A stretch of DNA of 64,000 nucleotides, taken from positions 236,670 to 300,669 of the forward strand of contig CAVOGI010000002.1 of NCBI GenBank assembly GCA_963695205.1, written 5' to 3'. Positions 31,966 to 40,034 of the stretch are shown here, piece after piece (position 1 is the stretch's first letter; each line of letters starts with the position of its first letter). Position numbers and translations under genes: made by a program. The stretch comes from an uncultured Actinomycetota bacterium (GTDB lineage: Bacteria; Actinomycetota; Actinomycetes; Actinomycetales; Dermatophilaceae). The notes beneath the pieces were generated by a model, which was not told the DNA's origin, did not search any database, and worked only from the letters and a program-made list of their open reading frames with translations.

Positions 31966-32044
31966 GTGTACTCCAGTGGACTCGTGGTCGGGCGCCGTCC
32001 CGGAGGGGCCCGGGAGGGTGAACTCCGCACGAGTATGGAGGCGC

Positions 32045-32062
32045 CAGTGACTAGGGTCACTG
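32045..32062. promoter_or_regulatory. Palindromic CRP/GlxR-like operator in the dctA / sensor kinase divergent promoter
   Basis: CAGTGAC-TAGG-GTCACTG containing GTGA-N6-TCAC. Confidence 0.5.
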
Positions 32063-32129
32063 TTGTGTTCATTGAGTTTCGAGGCGTCGCCAGCCGCGGC
32101 CCTCGCGCCGGTCACCGGTGCGGCGCGGT

Positions 32130-33899
32130 ATGGCGCTGAGCCGCGGCCGGTGGGCCAGCTCACCGACGCGCTGGAGCGTGGCGGCGCAGACGTTCGCCCT
32201 GCAGGTGCTCGTCGCCCTGCTGGTCGTCGGGATCGGGACGGGCGCCGCCTACACGCAGGCACGGCGGGCAGGCACCCAGGAGGCGACGGCGCGGGCCCTT
32301 GCCGTGGCGCGCACGGTGGCGAGCAGCCCGGAGGTCGTGGCCGCCGTTCAGGACGGCAACCGCCGTGGCGTGCTGCAGCCGTTCGCCGAGGACGTGCGGC
32401 GCCGGACAGCCACCGACTTCGTGGTCATCATGAGCCCCAACGGGATTCGCTACTCCCACCCGGACACCACTCTTATCGGGAAGACGTTCGTCGGGCACAT
32501 CGAGAAGGCCCGGGCAGGCGGCACCGTCGTCGAGGACTACACCGGCTCGCTCGGCCCCAGCCGGCGAGCGGTCGTCCCCGTGCGGGCGAGTGACGCTGCC
32601 GGCGCACCGGTCGTCGGCCTGGTGGCGGTCGGCATCCGCAACGCGGTGGTCAGCCAGCGTCTGGAGGGGCAGCTCGTGGCGCTCCTCGCTGCTGGTCTGG
32701 CTGCTGCCCTGCTCACCGGCCTGGGCACGGCGCTGGTGGCGCGACGCGTCCGCCGCCAGACCCACGGTCTCGGGGAGCAGCAGCTGCGCGAGATGGTCGA
32801 GTACTACGACGCCGTCCTGCACGCCGTCACCGAGGGCCTGCTCCTCATCGACAGGGACGGCCGGCTGCGGCTGGCCAACGACGAGGCGGTGCGGCTGCTC
32901 GGTCTCGACAGGGGGGCCGGGGGCGCCGACGTGGGCGTGGACGGGAGCGCGGACGTGGGCGCGGACGGGGCTGGGGCTGCGAACCGCGACGGCGCATCCT
33001 CCGGCGCGATCGGCCGGCGGATCGACGAGCTCGACCTCTCGGGTCCGCTCGTCGCTGCGCTGACCGACGACACCCCGCGCAGCGACGAGCTGCACGTGAC
33101 CTCGTCGCGGGTGCTGGTGCTCAACACGGCGCCTGCCCGCTGGGAGGGTCGCGTCCTGGGCCTGGTCGCCACCCTGCGCGACCGCACCGACCTCGAGCAC
33201 CTGACCGGCGAGCTGGACTCGGCGCGTGGGCTCACCGAGGCGCTGCGGTCCCAGGCCCACGAGTCCGCCAACCGGCTGCACACGATCGTCTCCCTCATCG
33301 AGCTCGGGCACCCCGAGCGCGCCCTCGCGTTCGCCACCGAGGAGCTGGAGCTGTCCCAGCTGCTCACCGACCGCGTGGTCTCGGGCATCGAGGAGCCCGC
33401 GCTCTCCGCGTTGCTGCTGGGCAAGGCCGCCGAGGCGGGGGAGCGCGGGATCGACCTGCGCATCGACGAGGAGGCGGTCTGGCCGGTCGACGCCCTTCCC
33501 GCGCGCGACGTCGTGACGATCGTCGGCAACCTCCTCGACAACGCCTTCGACGCCGTGACGGGCCAGCCGGGGGAGCGCCAGGTCCGGGTCGACACGCACC
33601 TCGACGACCGGGGCCCAGACGGGTCCGAGCTCGTGCTGACCGTCGCCGACACCGGGCCGGGACTGGCGCCCGGTGCGGTTGCGAGGGCGTTCGAGCGCGG
33701 GGTCTCGACCAAGGACCAGGGCGGTGAAGGCCGCCGCGGCATCGGCCTGGCCCTCGTGGCGCAGGTCGTCAGCCGCCTAGGCGGTTCGTTGTCCGTCGAC
33801 GGTGGCCCCGGGGCGGTCTTCACCGTCCGCCTCCCGTTGCCCACCGAGGCACCTGGCGCAGCCTCCGACGTCCCGGCGACCGGACGCCGACATGGCTGA
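32130..33899 (+). CDS. CitA/DcuS-family sensor histidine kinase
   Basis: sCache_3-like FVVIM...GIRYSHP, PAS, H-box LRSQAHESANRLH, GNLLDNA, DTGPG, GIGL. Confidence 0.92.
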   Translation: MALSRGRWASSPTRWSVAAQTFALQVLVALLVVGIGTGAAYTQARRAGTQEATARALAVARTVASSPEVVAAVQDGNRRGVLQPFAEDVRRRTATDFVVIMSPNGIRYSHPDTTLIGKTFVGHIEKARAGGTVVEDYTGSLGPSRRAVVPVRASDAAGAPVVGLVAVGIRNAVVSQRLEGQLVALLAAGLAAALLTGLGTALVARRVRRQTHGLGEQQLREMVEYYDAVLHAVTEGLLLIDRDGRLRLANDEAVRLLGLDRGAGGADVGVDGSADVGADGAGAANRDGASSGAIGRRIDELDLSGPLVAALTDDTPRSDELHVTSSRVLVLNTAPARWEGRVLGLVATLRDRTDLEHLTGELDSARGLTEALRSQAHESANRLHTIVSLIELGHPERALAFATEELELSQLLTDRVVSGIEEPALSALLLGKAAEAGERGIDLRIDEEAVWPVDALPARDVVTIVGNLLDNAFDAVTGQPGERQVRVDTHLDDRGPDGSELVLTVADTGPGLAPGAVARAFERGVSTKDQGGEGRRGIGLALVAQVVSRLGGSLSVDGGPGAVFTVRLPLPTEAPGAASDVPATGRRHG

Positions 33900-34587
33900 G
33901 GTCCGCGTCCTGGGGGTCCTCGTGGTCGAGGACGAGCCGGTCGCGCTCGAGGCCCACGCCGCCTACGTCGGGCGGGTCGAGGGGTTCGAGGTCGTCGCGA
34001 CGGCAGGCACGGCCAAGGCCGCGCTCCAGGCCCTGCAGACCGTGCGGGTCGATGTCGTCCTGCTGGACATGAACCTCCCTGACGGCCACGGCCTCGACAT
34101 CATCCGGGCGATGCGCGCCGCCGGCCACCGCGCCGACGTCATCGCCGTGACCTCGGCCCGCGACCTCGACATCGTCCGCGGCGCGGTCTCGCTCGGGGTC
34201 GTCCAGTACCTCCTCAAGCCGTTCGTCTTCGCCACCCTGCGCGACCGGCTCGAGGCGTATGCCGCGTACCGCCGCCAGCTGCCGTCCACCGAGCAGGTCG
34301 ACAGCCAGGCACAGGTCGACGACGTCCTCGCCGGCGTGCGCCCGTCCACCCGGACCTCGCTGCCCAAGGGCATGAGCGAGGACCTCCTCAGCCGGGTGAC
34401 GCGGATGCTGCAGGACACCGCGGCGACCACGGGCCTGTCGGCGAGCGAGCTGGGCGAACGGGTCGGCGTGAGCCGTGTCACGGCGCGCCGATACGCCGAG
34501 TTCCTCTGCGAGACAAGAGCGGTCGTCCGGCGCTCCCGCTATGCGGGCCAGGGGCGACCCGAGGTCGAGTACCGCTGGGTCGGGTGA
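33892..34587 (+). CDS. CitB/DcuR-family response regulator
   Basis: VVEDE, LLDMNLPD, YLLKPF, LPKG, GVSRVTARRY, GRPE. Confidence 0.92.
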   Translation: MAEVRVLGVLVVEDEPVALEAHAAYVGRVEGFEVVATAGTAKAALQALQTVRVDVVLLDMNLPDGHGLDIIRAMRAAGHRADVIAVTSARDLDIVRGAVSLGVVQYLLKPFVFATLRDRLEAYAAYRRQLPSTEQVDSQAQVDDVLAGVRPSTRTSLPKGMSEDLLSRVTRMLQDTAATTGLSASELGERVGVSRVTARRYAEFLCETRAVVRRSRYAGQGRPEVEYRWVG

Positions 34588-34657
34588 GCTCGGCCAGACC
34601 CACGGCGACAGGCGGGTCGGTCGTCCACCGACGGACCCGCCTGTCCTCCTTGCCCGG

Positions 34658-35533
34658 TCAGCCGATCTCGAGCAGCCGCGGCGCCACGCGCTCACCGAAC
34701 TCCGTCACCGTGGCTTCCGGGTCCGGGGCCATGGCGCGCAGGTGGATGTGCTCGACACCGAGGTCGGCGTAGGACTGGGCGAGCCGCAGGAAGCTGTCGA
34801 CGTCGGCCAGCGGGTCGGCCTGCGGCCCCATCACGGTCTTCTCGATGGAGTCGTAGTCGCGGCCCAGGTCGTCGCAGTGCCGGCGCAGCACCTCGAGCTT
34901 GTGGGCCAGCTCGTCCGCGTCGGCGACGATGAGGTTGGTGGCATCGGCGTACTGCGCCACCATCCGCAGGGTCTTCTTCTCGCCGCTGCCGCCGATGACG
35001 ATCGGGGGGTGGGGCCTGGTCAGCGTCGGAGGGACGTTGATCGTCTCGGCGAGCTGGTAGTGCTTGCCCTCGAAGGGTCCTTCGTCGTCGCTCCACATCT
35101 GCAGGATGATCTGCAGCGTCTCCTCGAGCCGCTCGAAACGTTCTGCCACAGGCGGGTAGGGGACACCCAAGGCCTTGTGCTCCCGCTCGTACCACGCGGC
35201 ACCGATGCCCAGGAAGGACCGGCCCCCGCTGAGGACGTCCAACGTGGTGCCGATCTTGGCGAGCAGCCCCGGGTGGCGGTAGGTCACGCCGGTGACGACG
35301 GTGCCGAGCTTGACCCGTTCGGTGACCCCCGCCAGGAAGCCCAGGGTCGTGTAGGCCTCGAGCATCGGGTCGTGGGCGGTGCGGAAGAACTCCATCTGGA
35401 AGTAGTGGTCCATCACGGTGAACCACGAGGCACCCACCGCGTCGGCGGCGACCGCGGTGGAGCGAAGGGCCGGGGCGTAGGACGCCGGGCCCTCGGGGAG
35501 GGTGAAGTCGAGGAAGTGGAATCCGAAGCGCAT
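34658..35533 (-). CDS. LLM-class F420-dependent oxidoreductase
   Basis: VMDHYFQ, LEAYTTLG, VTYRHPGLLAK..TLDVLSGGR, IGGSGEKKTLR. Confidence 0.9.
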   Translation of the reverse strand: MRFGFHFLDFTLPEGPASYAPALRSTAVAADAVGASWFTVMDHYFQMEFFRTAHDPMLEAYTTLGFLAGVTERVKLGTVVTGVTYRHPGLLAKIGTTLDVLSGGRSFLGIGAAWYEREHKALGVPYPPVAERFERLEETLQIILQMWSDDEGPFEGKHYQLAETINVPPTLTRPHPPIVIGGSGEKKTLRMVAQYADATNLIVADADELAHKLEVLRRHCDDLGRDYDSIEKTVMGPQADPLADVDSFLRLAQSYADLGVEHIHLRAMAPDPEATVTEFGERVAPRLLEIG

Positions 35534-35584
35534 GCCTGCAGTCTGCAACGCTCGCGGACGATCTGCGCGGCGGGCACCGGACAC

Positions 35585-35651
35585 GCGCCATACCGACGGG
35601 CCGGGCCGGGCCGGGTCGGGCCGGGTGGGCCGGGCCGGGCTGGTATGGCGC
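35585..35651. repeat. (GGGCC)n microsatellite with nine G3 tracts flanked by 10-bp inverted arms
   Basis: gcgccatacc 35585-94 / ggtatggcgc 35642-51 enclosing GGG runs at 35598-35639. Confidence 0.8.
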
Positions 35652-35672
35652 CGGGCAGACCTTTGCGCGGGC

Positions 35673-36632
35673 TCAGCCGTCGAGGGCCTTGAGCAAGGCG
35701 ATGTTGAACGTGACCTCGTCGGCATCGCCGTCGTTGGCCGCCCAACCCGCTTGGATCGCCGTGTGGACGTAGGACCAGGCGAGGGCCGCGTCCTCGTCGA
35801 TGCCGGCGGCGTCGCAGGTGAGCTCGACCCGGCGACGCACGAGGTAGCGGAACGCCGAACCGGTGCCCAGCTCGTCGCGACGGTTGCGCAGCAGGGGTTG
35901 GACCTCGAACCCCGGGTGCCCGGCGAGCGCGTGCGGGTCGATCGCCAGCCAGTCGGGACGTCCGGACCCGTCGTGGCTGTGCAGGACGTTGCGGTTGTGC
36001 AGGTCGCCGTGGAGCAGGGTCGCGTCGCAGCCGGGGTCGGTGAGCAGGTCCTGCACGAGCCCCGTCGTGCGTTCGACCATGCGCCGGGGCAGGACCGAGT
36101 CGGCGGCGAGGACCGACACCGTGTGCCGGCGGACGAAGGACGAGAGCCGTTCCAGCTGCGGCGGGGCGGGCACGTGGAGCTGGCGCAGCAGGTCGCCGGT
36201 GACCTCGCAGGCGCTGTCGACGTCGAGGTCCTGCAGCGAGCGGGCGGGGTCGAGCTGCTCGAGCAGCAGGGCACTGCGGTGGGGGTCGGCGGACACGAGG
36301 TGCGCGGCTCCGCGGCCCTCCCACAGACGCATCACGAGCGCTTCGTCCTTGGCCTCGACGTGCGGCCACCCGACCTTGAGCGCCAACGGCACGCCGTCGC
36401 GCACGACGGGCAGGACGACAGCGGTCCAGCCCGTGCTTGCCGGGCCGGTGACCGTCAGGTCCCACGCGTCGAGGAGCTCGGCGAGCAGTCGGGGCAGGCC
36501 GGCTGCCCAGTCCGACCCTGACGGACCACCGACCGCGCCGGCCTCGGACGAGAACCGCTGGACGAAGGTCGTGAACTCCTGCGGCACCAGCGCCGCGGCG
36601 TCCTCCGTGCGGATCGGGTGGGACCGCGTCAC
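35673..36632 (-). CDS. Aminoglycoside/hydroxyurea phosphotransferase-family (APH(6)-like) kinase
   Basis: W...LP.L...L..W.L, LALKV, LLHGDLHNRNVL, WLAIDP. Confidence 0.85.
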   Translation of the reverse strand: MTRSHPIRTEDAAALVPQEFTTFVQRFSSEAGAVGGPSGSDWAAGLPRLLAELLDAWDLTVTGPASTGWTAVVLPVVRDGVPLALKVGWPHVEAKDEALVMRLWEGRGAAHLVSADPHRSALLLEQLDPARSLQDLDVDSACEVTGDLLRQLHVPAPPQLERLSSFVRRHTVSVLAADSVLPRRMVERTTGLVQDLLTDPGCDATLLHGDLHNRNVLHSHDGSGRPDWLAIDPHALAGHPGFEVQPLLRNRRDELGTGSAFRYLVRRRVELTCDAAGIDEDAALAWSYVHTAIQAGWAANDGDADEVTFNIALLKALDG

Positions 36633-37663
36633 GTCAGGCCGGGGAACGGCGCGAGCGCGACACCCCAGCGGGAGGCCAGCACCTCGGTCTCGGCCAGCCA
36701 CTGCACGACCGCGCCGAGCGGTCCGACGTCCCCGCCGGTCGAGCCGAGCTCGCGGGCCACGGCGGCGCGCAGGTCGGTGAGCACCTTCACCGCGAGGGTG
36801 CGTGCCGCCGCCGGGGTGGTCACGGCGAAGGGCAGCGGGTACCCCAGCGCAGGCGGCGTGGCGGACGCCCCGGCGAGGGCCTCCTGCTCGCTCTGCCTGG
36901 CCTGCAGGGCGGCGAGGGTGCTCGCGGCCAGGGTGCGCTGGGCCCCCTTCGGGGACTGCGCGGCGACGACCTCGAAGGCGTATGCGGCGGCGCGGGTGGC
37001 GTCGAGGTAGGAGGCCGCGAGCGAGGGTTCGGACCAGCTCGGGTCGGGCCAGGTGGCGGGAGCGCCGAGGAGGGTCGCCGCGCACGCGCGCTGGGCGAGC
37101 AGCGAGCCCGCCAGCGCGATGGCGTCCGGGCCGACCCCGGCGAGGGCGGCGACCGCCGCCGGACCCAGGTCGGCGGCCTCCGACGCAGCCAGCGCCGCCG
37201 GACCCTTGGGCCCGGCACCAGTCGTCGTCCCGCTGCCTGAGCTGCCGGTGGGGGTCGCCGTCGAACCCGCCGTCGGACTCGTCGACCTCGGGGTCGCTGT
37301 CGCCACCGGGGCGTCGATCACCGTGCGGGGCACACCCAGGCGGACGAGCTCGGCCTCGAGCACCGCAGCCTGTCGGGCGTGCAGCACCGCGAGTCGAGCC
37401 GGCACCGTCTTCGTCGATCCCCCGAGGGCCTTGGCCTCCGCGGCGAGGTCGGTGCTGTGCCGGCGGAGGGTGACGAGGAACGCCTCGCCGGGCACGGGCT
37501 GGCGCGTGGGCAGTCCGGGGACCCGCGGCGCGTCGTCCTCGAGCCGGATACCGCATCCGGCGAGGGACGCCGCCACAGCGGCTGCGCCCCCGAGCCGCAG
37601 GCCCAGGGCGAGCACCGCGCGCCGGGTCGGGAGCGGCGGCACGCCGGTGCGGTCCTCGAGCAT
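36629..37663 (-). CDS. DUF4439 / ferritin-like lipoprotein
   Basis: Twin-Arg TRRAVL plus lipobox LAGC; YAFEVVAA, GYPLP, C-terminal WG....PFPGL; upstream of rimP. Confidence 0.7.
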   Translation of the reverse strand: MLEDRTGVPPLPTRRAVLALGLRLGGAAAVAASLAGCGIRLEDDAPRVPGLPTRQPVPGEAFLVTLRRHSTDLAAEAKALGGSTKTVPARLAVLHARQAAVLEAELVRLGVPRTVIDAPVATATPRSTSPTAGSTATPTGSSGSGTTTGAGPKGPAALAASEAADLGPAAVAALAGVGPDAIALAGSLLAQRACAATLLGAPATWPDPSWSEPSLAASYLDATRAAAYAFEVVAAQSPKGAQRTLAASTLAALQARQSEQEALAGASATPPALGYPLPFAVTTPAAARTLAVKVLTDLRAAVARELGSTGGDVGPLGAVVQWLAETEVLASRWGVALAPFPGLT

Positions 37664-37765
37664 GCGCCGATCCTGCCATGCGCCTCGACGCTGGCATGCG
37701 TCCCGTCCTCGCCGTGGATAGACTCGGGGTCGCACGACCACCAAACTTCAGAGAGGACGAGTCAG

Positions 37766-38399
37766 TTGAGCGTCAAGGACCAGATTCGTCCCGCAGTAGA
37801 CGGCCCCCTCGCGGCCCTCGGACTGTTGGTGGAGGACGTCGCCGTGACGCCGGCCGGGAAGCGCCGGCTCGTCCGCATCTGGATCGACCGGGTCCTGCCC
37901 GAGTCGCCCGACGCCACGACGTCCGCCACCGCACCCCTCACCCTCGACGAGGTCGCCGACGCCACCCGCGCGGTGAGCGATGCCCTCGACGACGACCGGT
38001 GCGATGGGGGAGCAGCCCTACACCCTCGAGGTCACCTCGCCCGGCCTGGACCGTCCGCTGACCGAGCCGCGCCACTTCCGCCGCAACGTCACCCGGCTGG
38101 TCACCCTCACCCCGCTCGAGGGGCCCAACGTGACCGGGCGCGTCGTGGCCGCGGGTCCGGACGCGCTCACCGTCGAGGTGCCGGGCGAGAAGAAGACCCC
38201 CGCGAGGACCGTCGAGCTCGCGTATGCCGACCTGTCCAGGGCCGTGGTCGAGGTGGAGTTCTCGCGCCCGCCGGCCGGAGCGACGGACGGCGACCACCTG
38301 CACGACGACGACCTGCACGACGACCTGCACGATGACGACCTGCACGACGACGAGCACGATGACGAGCACGACGGCGACGCCGACACCGAGGAGAACTGA
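37766..38399 (+). CDS. rimP: Ribosome maturation factor RimP, frameshift near 37990, His/Asp-rich tail
   Basis: TPAGKRRLVR, LDEVADATR.VS..LD, YTLEVTSPGLDRPL...RHFRR, VEVEF. Confidence 0.92.
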
Positions 38400-38401
38400 C
38401 C

Positions 38402-39515
38402 ATGGACATCGACCTTGCTGCCCTCAGGGGGCTGGAGCGCGAGCGTGACATCTCCCTCGACATCCTCATCCCGGCGATCGAGCAGGCCCTGCTGGTGGCC
38501 TACCACCGCACCGACGACTCCTACCGCACCGCACGGGTCGAGCTGGACCGCAAGACCGGTCACGTCATCGTGTGGGCCAAGGAGGAGCTGGAGACCCCGG
38601 AGCCCGAGGAGGGTGCCGAGCGTCGGCCCCGGCGCGAGTACGGCCCCGAGTTCGACGACACCCCGACCGGCTTCGGCCGCATCGCCGCGGCGACCGCGCG
38701 CCAGGTCATCGTCCAGCGCCTGCGCGACCTCGAGGACGACGCGATCATGGGCGACTTCAAGGGTCGCGAGGGTGACGTCGTCGCCGGCGTGATCCAGCAG
38801 AGCCCAGACCCGCGCCACGTCACCGTCGACTTCGGCACGGTCGAGGGCATCCTGCCCCTGGCCGAGCAGGTGCCGGGGGAGAAGTACGTGCACGGGGAGC
38901 GGCTGCGCTGCTTCGTCGTGTCCGTGCGCCGCGGCCCCAAGGGCCCGCAGATCGGCTTGTCCCGCACCCACCCCAACCTCGTGCGCAAGCTGTTCGCCCT
39001 CGAGGTGCCCGAGATCGCCGACGGCTCGGTCGAGATCGCGGCGCTGGCCCGCGAGGCCGGCCACCGCACCAAGGTCGCGGTCCACTCCAAGGTCGCCGGG
39101 CCTCAACGCCAAGGGCGCCTGCATCGGTCCGATGGGCGCCCGGGTGCGCGCCGTGATGACCGAGCTGCACGGCGAGAAGATCGACATCGTCGACTACTCC
39201 GAGGACGCGCGGACCTTCGTGGCCGCGGCCCTGTCGCCCTCGCGCGTCGAGTCCGTCGAGATCGTCGACCCGCAGCTGCGTTCCGCCAGGGTCATCGTCC
39301 CCGACTACCAGCTCTCCCTCGCCATCGGCAAGGAGGGGCAGAACGCCCGCCTCGCCGCCAAGCTCACCGGCTGGCGCATCGACATCCGGCCCGACACCCA
39401 GCCCGCCGGTGACGCCGCAGGCGCCCGCGGCGACGTTGCGCCCGCCCAGAGCGGGCCGCGAGGGGGCGCTGGCGCGCCTCGACGCGGCACGGATGACGCA
39501 CCCGGACGCCGGTAG
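38402..39515 (+). CDS. nusA: Transcription termination factor NusA, frameshift near 39100
   Basis: [63 protein letters not shown]. Confidence 0.96.
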
Positions 39516-39529
39516 GGGATAGACTGGTG

Positions 39530-39880
39530 GTGACCGACCGGACTGGACCCCAGCCCGCAGCACAGGACGACACCACCCGCACGACGACCCGGACCCCGGT
39601 CCGGACGTGTGTGGGGTGCCGCGGGACGGATAGCTGGTCGGCACTCCTGCGAGTGGTCGCGGAGAAGGACGAGACCGGGGTGACCCGGTTGGTGCCCGAT
39701 CCGTGGCGCCGCCTGCCGGGGCGTGGCGCATGGCTGCACCCCACGGGCGACTGCCTCGAGCAGGCCCTACGCCGCCGGGCGTTCGGTCGAGCGCTGCGTA
39801 TCAGCGCCGCGACCGATCCGGAGGCCGTCGCACGACACGTCCGGGAGCTGGCCCCGCGCCACACCCCGGATGCCCTTTGA
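39530..39880 (+). CDS. ylxR: YlxR (DUF448) RNA-binding protein
   Basis: [30 protein letters not shown]; nusA-infB context. Confidence 0.88.
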   Translation: MTDRTGPQPAAQDDTTRTTTRTPVRTCVGCRGTDSWSALLRVVAEKDETGVTRLVPDPWRRLPGRGAWLHPTGDCLEQALRRRAFGRALRISAATDPEAVARHVRELAPRHTPDAL

Positions 39881-39910
39881 AACAACCGTCCATCGCTATG
39901 GGAACCGACC

Positions 39911-40030
39911 ATGACTCTGAACAGAGAGTGGGTTTGACCGCTGATGAGCACCCGATGAGAACTCAGCAATGAGCTCCCCCCAGCAGTAACGACGGTCCGC
40001 GCCTGTCCTGGCACGGACCAGGAACAGGAG
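39911..40030 (+). promoter_or_regulatory. infB leader with overlapping micro-ORF chain and alternative hairpins
   Basis: MSTR* 39944-58, MRTQQ* 39955-72, MSSPQQ* 39969-89 joined by ATGA overlaps; hairpin 39994-40019 versus anti-SD pairing 40002-11 / 40018-28; SD AGGAG 40026-30. Confidence 0.6.
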
Positions 40031-40034
40031 AAAC

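Noticed and set aside
35673-36632. APH(6)-like gene as acquired streptomycin resistance
   Set aside because: It sits in the typical chromosomal position beside the DUF4439 gene and rimP, with host-like codon use and no mobile context. The substrate is unknown.
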